NCBI GenBank assembly: GCA_965237675.1
Contig: OZ250150.1
Span: 416,001 to 480,000, forward strand
Reading direction: 5' to 3'
From: Candidatus Latescibacterota bacterium
Lineage (GTDB): Bacteria > Latescibacterota > UBA2968 > GCA-2709665
Length of the DNA stretch: 64,000 nucleotides
The position numbers were made by a program, and so were the translations under genes. How positions within the stretch are numbered: the first letter of the stretch is position 1; each line of letters opens with the position of its first letter. The notes under the pieces were generated by a model. That model was not told the DNA's origin. It saw nothing but the letters and a program-made list of their open reading frames with translations, and made no database searches. Positions 48,104 through 58,100 of the stretch are shown piece by piece.

Positions 48104-49510
48104 ATGGGTTTGAACCATAAATCCTACCCTTCCTACAAACCTTCCGGTATACCCTGGTTAGGCAAAGTGCCCGTCAACTGGGACGTAATGCAAGTTGGAC
48201 GCATCGGGGTATTTTTAAAGGGGCATGGAGGAACGAAAGAGGACCAAGTACATGAAGGCGTCCCATGCATTCGATATGGAGACATATATACTTCGTACAA
48301 GTTTCACATTCTGGATAGTTGCGCCTTTGTGTCTGAAGTGAGAGCATTGGACTATACTCCGATACAGTATGGAGATGTACTATTCGCTGGTTCAGGTGAG
48401 TCCATCGAAGAAATTGGAAAATCTGCGGTAAACCTTTTGAAAGAAAAAACTTGCTGTGGAGGAGATGTTATCCTTTTTCGGCCTGATATTGAAATCAATG
48501 CGAGATTTTCTGGATACGCCATTGACTCCCCTTATGCCCAGTATCAGAAATCGTGCATGGGACGTGGCATCACAGTGATGCACATATATAGTGACGAACT
48601 AAAGTACTTGTGGATAGCACTACCTCCCCTCCCTGAACAAGCCGCCATCGTCCGCTATCTCGACCACATCGACGAACGCATCCGCCGATACGTTAGCGCG
48701 AATGAGCGGCTCATCCGGTTGCTTGAGGAAAAGAAGCAAGCCGTCATTGATCGCGCCGTCACACGCGGCCTGGATTCGAACGTCCGGCCTAAGCCTTCGA
48801 GTGTCCGGTGGCTGCCAAATATACCGACGCATTGGGAGGTACTGCGCCTCAAGGCGCTGGTGCGCATTCGGTATGGGTTAGGGCAGCCGCCTCGCGAATC
48901 GGCAACGGGGCTTCCACTGATCCGCGCGACTAACATTGAGCGAGGGCGTATAATTGACAAGGGCCTTATCCACGTAGATCCCTCTGATGTGCCGGCCGGT
49001 CGTGACGCTCTGCTGAAAGCGCAGGAAATCATCGTTGTAAGGAGCGGAGCATACACCGCCGACTCGGCCATCATACCCAAAGCATTCGTGGGAGCAGTAG
49101 CTGGTTATGACATGGTCGTAACGGTCACGACCTCAATACCTCAGTTTGTTGCCTTTGTATTTCTTTCCAAGTACTTGCGAGATAACCAGTGGGCTGTTTT
49201 GAGCACCCGATCCGCGCAGCCTCACTTGAACGCCGAAGAACTTGGATCAGCGTTGGTGTTAGTGCCTCCGATCGCCGAACAAGCCGCTATAGTTGAGTAT
49301 CTACATAAGGCCACCACTGACATCGAGTCCGCCATCACCCGCACCCGCCGTCAGATCGAGTTGCTCCAAGAGTACCGTACGCGATTGATTTCCGATCTGG
49401 TCACCGGCAAACTCGATGTGCGCGACGCGGTGTCCAGTTTGCCAGCTGAAACGAACGCAATGGATCTACATTGCTCCGTGGCAGCTCCTGACAGAGGAGA
49501 TTCTGGATGA
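48104..49510 (+). CDS. hsdS: Type I RM specificity subunit HsdS
   Basis: YPSYKPSGIPWLGKVP..W; two TRDs each followed by P..EQAAIV.YL; AVTRGL; YRTRLISDLVTGKLDVRDA. Confidence 0.93.
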   Translation: MGLNHKSYPSYKPSGIPWLGKVPVNWDVMQVGRIGVFLKGHGGTKEDQVHEGVPCIRYGDIYTSYKFHILDSCAFVSEVRALDYTPIQYGDVLFAGSGESIEEIGKSAVNLLKEKTCCGGDVILFRPDIEINARFSGYAIDSPYAQYQKSCMGRGITVMHIYSDELKYLWIALPPLPEQAAIVRYLDHIDERIRRYVSANERLIRLLEEKKQAVIDRAVTRGLDSNVRPKPSSVRWLPNIPTHWEVLRLKALVRIRYGLGQPPRESATGLPLIRATNIERGRIIDKGLIHVDPSDVPAGRDALLKAQEIIVVRSGAYTADSAIIPKAFVGAVAGYDMVVTVTTSIPQFVAFVFLSKYLRDNQWAVLSTRSAQPHLNAEELGSALVLVPPIAEQAAIVEYLHKATTDIESAITRTRRQIELLQEYRTRLISDLVTGKLDVRDAVSSLPAETNAMDLHCSVAAPDRGDSG

Positions 49511-51618
49511 AGGCTCTTCGCTTTCGGGTTCGGAATTTTCGCAATATCGATGACAGCGACTGGATAGCCCTGGAGATAGTCACTGCCTTTGTCGGCCGCA
49601 ATGAATCGGGCAAGACCTCGCTGCTTAAGGCGCTACACAAATTCAATCCAGCTACTCCTGAACCTTATGATGCACAGCGCGAGTTCCCGCGGGACCGCTA
49701 CACTTCGGATTACGTTTCCAATGGATCCAATGGTGGAGACTGGCCCGTTTGTTCGGTCGAGTTTGAGATTCCGGAGGAACTTCGGATTGAAATTGGCAAA
49801 ATACTTGAGGAAGACGGCGAAACTCCCGAGAAGGTCACTGCGACCCGCTATTACGATGGCTCCATCGAGTTTCAGTATGCGTCCACAATACAGGAGAAAC
49901 CGCTCGCACCCGAACCGGTGTTTGACGCACTTGATGCATTCGCGTCAAGCGCTCGTCGGCTTGTGGCACCAGACCCAAGTCAGGAGGAATACACGGCACA
50001 GCAGCGTACGGAACTGGCAAATTGGGCGACGGGATGGAAGGACAATTTGAAGGCCATAGTCGATCTCCGAGGCAATGAAGGAGCAAATTGGCTGACCAAA
50101 CTGCGCCACGAAGTGGAGAGCAAGAGTAACCCGGAAACTGCCGATATGGTAGAAGCGTTTCAACGGACGATTGAGCCAATTCTTGAGGCAGCAAAGAAAC
50201 CCTCAATCACAGACCAAGCTAACAAGAAAATCGAACGCATCCTCCCTGTTTTAATCTACTTCGAGAATTACGGCATACTCGATAGCGCCATCTGGCTGCC
50301 GCGTTTTCTCGAAGATCTGAGGCGGGATCCGAACGATTCTCGTGTGCGCACTATCAACGCGATGTTCAAACATGTCGGGCTCGATCCGAAAGAGATAGCG
50401 GAACTTGGCGACGAGCGGACCCGCGAATCCCGCCGGCAGGGTTACCAGCCCGAGCCTGAGCAGATCGCCGAAGACCAGGAGCGCAAGGACAGGCGAGCCA
50501 TTCTGTTGAATGCCGCTTCGCTGGACATCAGTAAAAAGTTCTCCACCTGGTGGTCGCAGAGGCGCCACAAGATTCGATATCACGCCGATGGCGACAGCTT
50601 TCGGATCTGGATTGCCGACGACCGTCGTCCGGACGTAGTAATCGAGCTTGAAGCCCGTAGCAAGGGATTCCAGTGGTTCTTTTCATTTTACCTCGTCTTT
50701 CTTGTCGAGTCTGAAGGTGGACATAAGAATTCGATTCTCCTGCTCGACGAGCCTGGTTTACACCTCCATCCTACAGCTCAGCAGGAGTTAATTGCGTTCT
50801 TCGAGAAGCTCTCCGAAACTAACCAGCTTGCCTATACAACCCACTCGCCGTTCCTGATTGATGGTGAACGCTTGCATAGGGTCAGACCGGTCACCGAGGA
50901 CGAATTCGGCCATTCGCACATCACGGCTGAGACATGGCCGAGGGACCGCGAGACGATTTTCCCGCTTCAGGCCGCAGCGGGATACGCAATGATCCGTGGT
51001 CTTTTTCAACATCGCAAAAACGTCCTTGTAGAGGGAATGAGCGACTTCTACTACCTGCAGGCGCTATCGCAGCAGTGCGCGAAATCGGGTCGCAATGCGT
51101 TACCGGAGGATATCTACATCACCCCCTGTGGCGGCACAAAGCATGTCGGACACTTCGCGTCAATGTTTCTAGGCCATGAGGTTCGGCCACTTGTTCTTCT
51201 GGACGGGGATGATGCAGGACGGGCTCGTCAAGACGCTCTGATTAAGGAGCTATATGTCAATCATAGATCAAATATTGTGATGCTGGATGACGTACTGAAC
51301 CGACCTGGGCAAAAGGTCGAAATAGAGGATATCCTGGGCGAGGCGCTTATCGTTTCAGGTGTTGAAAGGGTCCTGAAGCAATCTTTCCATCTCCAAGATC
51401 GGGACCGCTCGGTCGGAAGCCTAACGAGTCAAATTAAGGCCGCTGCCAAGCGCCAGAGCATCGAACTACCGGTAGGTTGGAAGGCATCGGCCGCCCTGGA
51501 TCTTGTATCGACGTGGGCAGAAGAAGGCACTACACTTGCGGACGAAGTTCTCGACACCGCTGCCACGTTGTTTTCAGTGCTAAACGAAAGATTCGAAAGT
51601 GTTAATTCTTCGGGCTGA
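49507..51618 (+). CDS. OLD-family ABC ATPase + TOPRIM nuclease
   Basis: VRNFRNI, GRNESGKT, RSKGFQWF, LLLDEPGLHLHP, TTHSPF; TOPRIM LVEGMSD and DGD..G; ATGA overlap with hsdS. Confidence 0.85.
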   Translation: MKALRFRVRNFRNIDDSDWIALEIVTAFVGRNESGKTSLLKALHKFNPATPEPYDAQREFPRDRYTSDYVSNGSNGGDWPVCSVEFEIPEELRIEIGKILEEDGETPEKVTATRYYDGSIEFQYASTIQEKPLAPEPVFDALDAFASSARRLVAPDPSQEEYTAQQRTELANWATGWKDNLKAIVDLRGNEGANWLTKLRHEVESKSNPETADMVEAFQRTIEPILEAAKKPSITDQANKKIERILPVLIYFENYGILDSAIWLPRFLEDLRRDPNDSRVRTINAMFKHVGLDPKEIAELGDERTRESRRQGYQPEPEQIAEDQERKDRRAILLNAASLDISKKFSTWWSQRRHKIRYHADGDSFRIWIADDRRPDVVIELEARSKGFQWFFSFYLVFLVESEGGHKNSILLLDEPGLHLHPTAQQELIAFFEKLSETNQLAYTTHSPFLIDGERLHRVRPVTEDEFGHSHITAETWPRDRETIFPLQAAAGYAMIRGLFQHRKNVLVEGMSDFYYLQALSQQCAKSGRNALPEDIYITPCGGTKHVGHFASMFLGHEVRPLVLLDGDDAGRARQDALIKELYVNHRSNIVMLDDVLNRPGQKVEIEDILGEALIVSGVERVLKQSFHLQDRDRSVGSLTSQIKAAAKRQSIELPVGWKASAALDLVSTWAEEGTTLADEVLDTAATLFSVLNERFESVNSSG

Positions 51619-52028
51619 CAAATTTGTCGCTAAGGTTGCAATTCGGATTTGCTAATGAAAACCTTGTAGCGGCCTCGTGCGTAATCCACGACGCTCCCAC
51701 GCCGGGCTTAATCCTTACGCCGGCACCGAATACAGGAAATATGTACCGTGTTGGGCGACACCTTCGCATCCGAGGAAACAGCAAGCGTTTTACTTGACTC
51801 GAACCCTCTCCCTGATCCAACTTGCATCTACAAGTGATTAATTAATAGTAATATACCTTACTTGACGAGTACTTGACTGAAACTGCGCCAAAGGAATCAC
51901 AGGTACATAGCCCCTTACGCAAGCAATCGGTTCTTGGGCATGATCAATCGTCCGTTCGGCCGCGACTCTTGTTGGCACGCTTCCAACCAACGCTCGCTCG
52001 ATGATTTCCAAGAATCCGTCTAAACGCG

Positions 52029-52393
52029 AATTGTGCCATTAACAAAAAATAGTGCAAATGGCATAATTTCGGCATAATTGACTTTGTAAATGTTTGTTTT
52101 TTAAAATCTTATTATATTGTTCTTTCTTGACAAAGTATAAATCTACAAGCAAAAAAGTCTTAATTCATGTGTTCGGTGGGTAGATCCTCCGGGGACGATG
52201 AGAAACGCGCTCGTTGTAGTCCAACCGCGATTGCCGCGCCACCTGACATGCGGCCCGATCTCGGAGGTTGTCAGGCGCCGGAGCCTGAATTTCCATTCGC
52301 CGCTAATTGATCGAGAATTGTCGGAACGACACCCGAATCCTATAACCCATTGATTTTATTGCATTTGTTTAATTGACGGGTAATTGACTGGAA
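52029..52393 (+). repeat. ~360-bp direct repeat, copy 1 (ends in 54-bp core)
   Basis: Aligns by eye with 59714-60088; core CTATAACCCRTTRATTTTATTGCATTTGTTTAATTGACGGGTAATTGACTGGAA at 52340-52393. Confidence 0.88.
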
Positions 52394-52400
52394 ACGCCTC

Positions 52401-52529
52401 ATGACTACTGGCGTCCGCGCGCTATTCATTTCGGATGTGTTTACCAGAAAGATACACGTGAGCGACGCGGTGGCTAATCTGTCAGAGGAGACCGATCAGC
52501 CGGAGTCCTGCGCCCTGCGGAAGCCGTGA
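52401..52529 (+). pseudogene. hsdR-start/hsdS-end fusion scar 1
   Basis: MTT-GVRALFISDVFTRKIHVSDAVANLSEETD, versus HsdS end RTRLISDLVTGKLDVRDAVSSLPAETN. Confidence 0.7.
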
Positions 52530-52584
52530 CCGACGGTGAGGCGAAGATCGTCAATGGCTTCGACACGACGTAAGAGGTCATAAC

Positions 52585-54051
52585 ATGGCAACCAATAGAA
52601 ACCATGACTACCTTGTCGGCCTGGTACGGGAGTTGCGCAACCTGCCACATGAGACCGAATGGGTCGAATTCAAGGTCAATCACCGCAAGCCGCAGACCAT
52701 CGGGCAGTACGTCTCGGCGCTTTCCAACGCGGCAGCCCTGCACGACAAGGTACACGCATATATTATGTGGGGCGTGGAAAATGGAACTCACGACATTGTT
52801 GGCACAGACTTTTCTCCCGCTGTTGCGAAGAAGGGCAACGAACCGCTGGAGACTTGGTTACTCCGGTTATTGAAACCACGCATAGACTTCCGTTTCCACG
52901 AAGTAATGATTGACGGGAAGCGAATCGTGATTATGGAGATTGATCCTGCGTTTCAACACCCGGTCGCGTTCGAAGGAGTGGAGTTTATTCGGGTAGGCAG
53001 CACCCGGAGAAAACTAAAGGACTATCCGGAAAAGGAACGAGCACTCTGGCGCGTTTTCGACCGGGTGAGCTTCGAAGATGGCATCGCCGCCGAACGAGTA
53101 AGTGACGGTGATGTTCTGTCAATGATCGACTACCCTGCGTACTTCGATTTGCGTGAATTGCCGCTACCTGACGGCCGCGATGCCATCCTGCACGCATTGC
53201 ACAATGAAAGGCTTATCGCCCCCGGCGAAGCGGGCGGCTTCGACATAACGAACGTGGGCGCCATTCTTTTCGCCAGGGACCTCGGCGACTTCCCGAATCT
53301 TAAGCGCAAAGCCATGCGCGTCATACAGTACCGGGGTAAGGGCCGGATAGACACATTGAGAGAGCAGGAAGGCGTTCGCGGCTATGCGGTTGGATTCAAA
53401 GGAATTATCGACTACATCATGGCGCTCGTGCCCTCGAACGAAGTAATCCAACAGGCCTTGCGAACGACGTTGCCGATGTTCCCCGACCTGGCCATTCGAG
53501 AACTCGTTGCCAACGCGCTCATCCATCAGGACTTTCTCGTCACCGGTTCGGGACCGATGGTAGAGATCTTTGAGAATCGTATAGAGATTACGAACCCAGG
53601 GGAGCCACTGGTAGACACGGAACGCTTTCTCGACAGCCCACCCAAATCCCGAAACGAAGCGCTCGCCTCGCTGATGCGCCAGGTTCGCATCTGCGAGGAA
53701 CGAGGCAGCGGGATCGACAAGGTTGTCCTTGAAATTGAGTCATACCATTTGCCGGCGCCGCTTTTCGAGGTTCCGCCCGGTTCTACCCGTGCGGTCCTCT
53801 TTGCCCACAAGAACCTGGCTGACATGGACGGAGAGGAGCGGGTGAGAGCCTGCTACCTGCATGCATGCCTCAAGTATGTGATGCGAGATTTCCTGACCAA
53901 TGCGTCACTTCGAGAAAGGTTCGGCATCAAGCCAAACAACAAGGCTGTCGCGTCTCGCCGCATTCGCGAGGCCATGGACGCCGGCATGATCAAGCCGTTT
54001 GACGAGAATGCCTCCCGAAGATTGATGAAATACGTCCCATACTGGGCCTGA
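52585..54051 (+). CDS. AlbA_2 (Schlafen-like) + HATPase_c_4 + wHTH ATP-binding protein
   Basis: ETEWVEFK, SALSN.A, WGV, RELVANALIHQDF, IEITNPG, RNE.LA, EERGSGI, KYVPYWA. Confidence 0.88.
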   Translation: MATNRNHDYLVGLVRELRNLPHETEWVEFKVNHRKPQTIGQYVSALSNAAALHDKVHAYIMWGVENGTHDIVGTDFSPAVAKKGNEPLETWLLRLLKPRIDFRFHEVMIDGKRIVIMEIDPAFQHPVAFEGVEFIRVGSTRRKLKDYPEKERALWRVFDRVSFEDGIAAERVSDGDVLSMIDYPAYFDLRELPLPDGRDAILHALHNERLIAPGEAGGFDITNVGAILFARDLGDFPNLKRKAMRVIQYRGKGRIDTLREQEGVRGYAVGFKGIIDYIMALVPSNEVIQQALRTTLPMFPDLAIRELVANALIHQDFLVTGSGPMVEIFENRIEITNPGEPLVDTERFLDSPPKSRNEALASLMRQVRICEERGSGIDKVVLEIESYHLPAPLFEVPPGSTRAVLFAHKNLADMDGEERVRACYLHACLKYVMRDFLTNASLRERFGIKPNNKAVASRRIREAMDAGMIKPFDENASRRLMKYVPYWA

Positions 54052-54246
54052 CCTCGATTGGCCGGGATTGATCGACGGCCCGACGTCTCGGGAACCGCCA
54101 GGAATTGTATCAATTGATGGATAAATGATCGAACGAACCCGAAAATGGCTGAATAGGCCGACATATCAATATTTTTCAATAAGTTACGCCACAGAAGAGC
54201 AATAGACGGCCAATTGATCAGGAAACACCCGACAGACGTTGAAATT

Positions 54247-54300
54247 CTATAACCCGTTAATTTTATTGCATTTGTTTAATTGACGGGTAATTGACTGGAA
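54247..54300 (+). repeat. 54-bp core repeat, copy 2
   Basis: Identical to 60035-60088; two mismatches to 52340-52393. Confidence 0.9.
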
Positions 54301-54307
54301 ACGTCCC

Positions 54308-54424
54308 GTGACCTACACCTTCCTCGCGCGACTCATCTCAAATATGACTGCCAGCGAGACAGATGTACGCGAGGCGGCCAGTCTAGCAACGGAAGGCCCA
54401 AACTTCAGTCTGACCTATGCCTAG
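54308..54424 (+). pseudogene. hsdR-start/hsdS-end fusion scar 2
   Basis: (V/M)TYTF-LARLISNMTASETDVREAASLATE; its stop overlaps the start of the next gene. Confidence 0.62.
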
Positions 54425-55604
54425 CCGACGGACAAAAATAAGCTTGCAGCCCGGTGTCCTGCAGTGGGCACGAGAACGTGCTCGCGTCAGCCGTGACGAA
54501 CTGGCTCGCAAGATGCAGGTCAAGATCGACCGCGTCGTAGAGTGGGAGGAAACCGGCAACATCAGCGTTGCCCAGGCAGATAGGCTCGCGGAACGCACAC
54601 ATACCCCGCTTGGGTTACTGTACCTCTCGAAGCCACCGGACGACATCCTGCCTATACCCGACTTCAGAACACGTCACGCCGATGCCCTACCGCTACGTCC
54701 GAGCGTCGACCTGCTGGAAACGGTGCACGCGATGCAGCGACGACAGGACTGGATGCGAGAAGAACTGATCAGGAACGGCGCAGAACCACTGGAGTTCGTC
54801 GGTGGATTCAGCCGTACATACGGTCACGTGGAAGTTGCAAGTGCAATGCGAGATGTGCTGCGAATTCCAGATGGGTGGGCGGAGGACATTTCTACCTGGA
54901 TCGCTTCCCTCAGGTTCCTTCGGAGCAAATTGGACGCCGCCGGCGTGCTCGTGGTTTTCAATGGTGTCGTAGGCAACAGTACCAGCAGAAAGCTCGACAC
55001 CGACGAGTTTCAGGGCTTCGCCCTGGTGGACGAATACGCCCCATTGATATTCGTAAACAACGCAGATTACATAGCGGCCAAGATGTTCACGCTTGCTCAC
55101 GAACTGGCGCATGTCTTTGTGGGTGAGTCGGGCGTATCCCACTTTGAAAGGATGCAACCATCCCACAATGATACGGAGCGATTCTGCGATCAGGCTGCAG
55201 CGGAGTTTCTTGTACCCGAGTCCAGTTTTCGCGATCTTTGGAACCTTGATGGCCGTAATACCTTGGCGCCTACAAGTGTTCCATTCGAGTCGATTGCACG
55301 TCAATTCAAGGTAAGCGCAATCGTGGCTGCCCGGCGTGCCCTGGACCTGGACCTGATTGACCTCGACACCTTTTTGGGCTTTTATGAAAACCACAAGCAA
55401 CAAGGGGGTACCATTCAGCCGACAACCGACGGTGGCAATTTTTGGAATACTCAGAGGTGGCGCATCGGTCCACGGTTCGCGGCTGCAGTCGCGCGCGCGA
55501 CAAAAGAAGAACGCCTGACATATCGAGAAGAAGCGTGTTCTCTTGCCGGGCTTAGGGGTCAGTCCTTTGAAAATCTGGCCGTCAAGTTGGATATTCCACT
55601 ATGA
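54417..55604 (+). CDS. XRE-HTH + ImmA/IrrE-family metallopeptidase
   Basis: PGVLQWARER...WE.G, IPDFR, GVVGN.T.RKLD..EFQGF, FTLAHELAH (HExxH), E.FC...AAEFLVP, FKVS. Confidence 0.9.
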   Translation: MPSRRTKISLQPGVLQWARERARVSRDELARKMQVKIDRVVEWEETGNISVAQADRLAERTHTPLGLLYLSKPPDDILPIPDFRTRHADALPLRPSVDLLETVHAMQRRQDWMREELIRNGAEPLEFVGGFSRTYGHVEVASAMRDVLRIPDGWAEDISTWIASLRFLRSKLDAAGVLVVFNGVVGNSTSRKLDTDEFQGFALVDEYAPLIFVNNADYIAAKMFTLAHELAHVFVGESGVSHFERMQPSHNDTERFCDQAAAEFLVPESSFRDLWNLDGRNTLAPTSVPFESIARQFKVSAIVAARRALDLDLIDLDTFLGFYENHKQQGGTIQPTTDGGNFWNTQRWRIGPRFAAAVARATKEERLTYREEACSLAGLRGQSFENLAVKLDIPL

Positions 55605-55686
55605 CGAGTCAGAACCGAACAAAGCTCCTGGATGCTGATGTCCTGATAGCTGCACACCGCAACTATTACGCGCCGGAAGACCATCT
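55601..55686 (+). pseudogene. 5' stub of DUF4411-like PIN protein
   Basis: ATGA-coupled to the ImmA gene; MTSQNRTKLLDADVLIAAHRNYYAPE resembles the DUF4411 start (YLLDAN.FI.A..YY), then is cut off by darT. Confidence 0.62.
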
Positions 55687-56343
55687 ATGTCTGTACCCAA
55701 AAATCCAAAGATCTACCATATCGTCCATGTCGACCGGTTGCCTTCAATAATCGCGGCTGGTCGCCTCTGGTGCGACGCGAAGATCATACAGCACAGCGGA
55801 ACCGGTACAGCCATAGGGATGAGCGACATAAAGCGGCGTCGGCTCGAGCTGAAACTGACCAGTCATCCCACTTTATCCGTCGGAAACTGTGTTCCCTTCT
55901 ACTTCTGTCCTCGCTCCGTTATGCTCTACGTGATCCACCGAGGGAATGACCCGGAGCCGGACTATCGTGGCGGTCAGGACCCAATAGTCCACTTGGAGTC
56001 AGACCTTCAACGGACGGTTGCTTGGGCGGACGAACGCGATCTTCGATGGGCGTTTACGCTGTCAAATGCCGGCGCGGTCTACTTCGAAGACCGGTGTGAC
56101 TTGAAACAATTAAACGAGATCGATTGGAGCGCGGTGCGGGCCAATAAGTGGTCCGGTAACGGCGTCCCGGTGTCGAACAAGGAAGGCAAACAGGCGGAAT
56201 TTCTGATTGAGCAACAATTCCCCTGGGAACTGATCTCGCGTATCGGTGTGTGCACCCAAAAGGTCCTCAACCAAACCCTTGCAGCCGTTGAAGCCGCCGC
56301 GCACAAACCATCTGTCGAGATCAGACGTAACTGGTATTATTGA
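55687..56343 (+). CDS. darT: DarT DNA ADP-ribosyltransferase toxin (DUF4433)
   Basis: IYHIVHVDRLPSII, VPFYFCPRSVMLY, FT.SNAG, KQAEFL (catalytic Glu), IGV, WYY. Confidence 0.92.
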   Translation: MSVPKNPKIYHIVHVDRLPSIIAAGRLWCDAKIIQHSGTGTAIGMSDIKRRRLELKLTSHPTLSVGNCVPFYFCPRSVMLYVIHRGNDPEPDYRGGQDPIVHLESDLQRTVAWADERDLRWAFTLSNAGAVYFEDRCDLKQLNEIDWSAVRANKWSGNGVPVSNKEGKQAEFLIEQQFPWELISRIGVCTQKVLNQTLAAVEAAAHKPSVEIRRNWYY

Positions 56344-56362
56344 CGGCACGAGGAGAAAGGCC

Positions 56363-57424
56363 ATGATCGAATACAAGACCGGCGACATCCTCGCTGAAAA
56401 AGCCGAAGCCCTGGTCAATACAGTCAACTGCGTAGGAGTCATGGGACGTGGAATCGCGCTTCAGTTCAAACGCGCCTTTCCTGATAATTTTAAGGCGTAC
56501 GCAGCCAGATGTAAGCAAGAGAAAATGCAACCTGGGAAGGTGTTTGTCTTCGAAACTGGCGAACTTTTCCATCCGCGCTACATTATCAACTTCCCAACCA
56601 AGCGGCACTGGAAAGGCAAGAGCCGAATGGAGGATATTGAATCCGGCCTGGCGTCTCTCACGAAGGAAATCAGGTCACACCACATCCGCTCGATCGCCAT
56701 CCCGCCGCTTGGCAGCGGGCTGGGCGGGTTGGAGTGGTTCGAAGTACGTGCCCGTTTGGAGGCTACTCTGAAAGAATTGAAAAATGTCAGAATCGTGATA
56801 TTTGAACCGGGCGGCGGACCGGTTGATACGCGCCCTAACCGTTCGCGTGATGTGCCCAGGATGACAGCCGGGCGAGCCGTGTTGGTCGAACTCATGGAAC
56901 GCTACAGGTCAGGCCTGCTGGACCCGTTCGTAACGCTGCTTGAAGTGCATAAGCTTATGTATTTTATGCAGGTCGCGGGTGAGCCGTTGAGGTTGAAGTT
57001 CGCCAAGGGCCCTTACGGGCCATACGCCCTGAATCTCCGGCATGTGGTGAATGCTATCGAAGGACACCTCGTATCCGGCTACGCCGATGGCGGCGATGCC
57101 CCAGACAAGCAGTTGGAACTGGTGCCGGGCGCGCTAGCGGATGCTCGTGCGTTTCTCGAGAACAAGGCCGATACGCAAGCTTGCTTTGATCGGGTTTCCG
57201 ATCTCGTCGAAGGGTTCGAGTCGTCCTTCGGCATGGAATTACTCACTACGGTTCACTGGGTTGTCCGCACGGAAGGCGCGCGGTCGCTCAACGATGTGGT
57301 GGAACACACTTACGCCTGGAACCAGAGAAAAAACCAATTTTCCCGACGTCAGATCAAGATCGGTTGCCAGGTTTTATGTGAGAAGGGCTGGATTGAGCAT
57401 ATCGATATACCGGAATCCCTATGA
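56363..57424 (+). CDS. darG: DarG macro-domain antitoxin
   Basis: GDIL, ALVNTVNCVGVMGRGIALQFK, IINFPTKRHW, SIAIPPLGSGLGGL.W, KLMYF.Q, YGPY, GFES.FGMELL.TVHW. Confidence 0.93.
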   Translation: MIEYKTGDILAEKAEALVNTVNCVGVMGRGIALQFKRAFPDNFKAYAARCKQEKMQPGKVFVFETGELFHPRYIINFPTKRHWKGKSRMEDIESGLASLTKEIRSHHIRSIAIPPLGSGLGGLEWFEVRARLEATLKELKNVRIVIFEPGGGPVDTRPNRSRDVPRMTAGRAVLVELMERYRSGLLDPFVTLLEVHKLMYFMQVAGEPLRLKFAKGPYGPYALNLRHVVNAIEGHLVSGYADGGDAPDKQLELVPGALADARAFLENKADTQACFDRVSDLVEGFESSFGMELLTTVHWVVRTEGARSLNDVVEHTYAWNQRKNQFSRRQIKIGCQVLCEKGWIEHIDIPESL

Positions 57425-57748
57425 CCACGGACACCTCCGAACGCGGTCTTGAAGACCTCATCGGCATGGCGCTGGCTGTCGATCCGACGCAACGACGCAT
57501 CCAGGGGACTAGGTCGACGGCCCGCCACCTATACCGCGCGTTGGCTTCGAGGAGACCCGCCTATCGCCGATGCCGTAACCGGCAATCTAGACGTGCGTGA
57601 GGCGGCTTCGCAACAGTCGGAGGAAGCGGATGACCACGACTTTATAGACGATGGCATTCCACTGACGGACGACATGGGCGACAGACGTTACAGTGCTGAC
57701 AACGAGGCAACGGGGAAGCCAGTAATGGAAAGTGTGGTGACCGAATGA
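57421..57748 (+). pseudogene. hsdR-start/hsdS-end fusion scar 3
   Basis: MTTDTSERGLEDLI..ALAVDP..(frameshift)RPATYTARWLRGDP matches the HsdR start at 60097. It is joined to IADAVTGNLDVREAA (HsdS end). ATGA-coupled to darG and to DUF433. Confidence 0.85.
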
Positions 57749-57972
57749 CCAACTGGGAGACGTGCCCGGCGGTAGAACGACGTCCTGGCAAGCTGAGTGG
57801 GGTTTGGGCATTTGCAGGAACGAGGGTACCCGTATCCGCACTCTTTGAGAATCTTGGTAGCGGGGCCACGGTTGAACAGTTTTTGAAATGGTTTCCGGGA
57901 GTGGCGGAATGGAAGGTCAGAGCTGTTCTGCAACACGAAGCTGAGGCCGTCAAGACACCAGTGAAATCGTGA
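57745..57972 (+). CDS. DUF433-family antitoxin
   Basis: W..CPAVER.PGKLSG.W.FAGTRVPVSALFENL..GATVEQFL.WFPGV. Confidence 0.88.
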   Translation: MTNWETCPAVERRPGKLSGVWAFAGTRVPVSALFENLGSGATVEQFLKWFPGVAEWKVRAVLQHEAEAVKTPVKS

Positions 57973-58100
57973 AAATAACTTTGGATCGGAGTATCCTGTA
58001 CCAGCAGAACCATGCAGCCAGGCGACTGGCGATTGTAGTCAAGAACAAAGTTATCACAGAAAAAGGTGCCAAGAGGCTGTATGACCGTTTCCATACGTGA
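57969..58100 (+). pseudogene. Internally deleted DUF5615-like PIN toxin
   Basis: GTGA-coupled; MKITLD joined directly to RSILYQQNHAARRLAIVV (compare MKILFD...D.N.RYQQNL..R.LAIVV). Confidence 0.62.

Noticed and set aside
49507-51618. Gabija
   Set aside because: An OLD/GajA-like gene is present, but there is no adjacent UvrD-like GajB.
51619-52028. Small ORFs after the OLD gene
   Set aside because: No recognisable motifs or RBS; probably decayed sequence.
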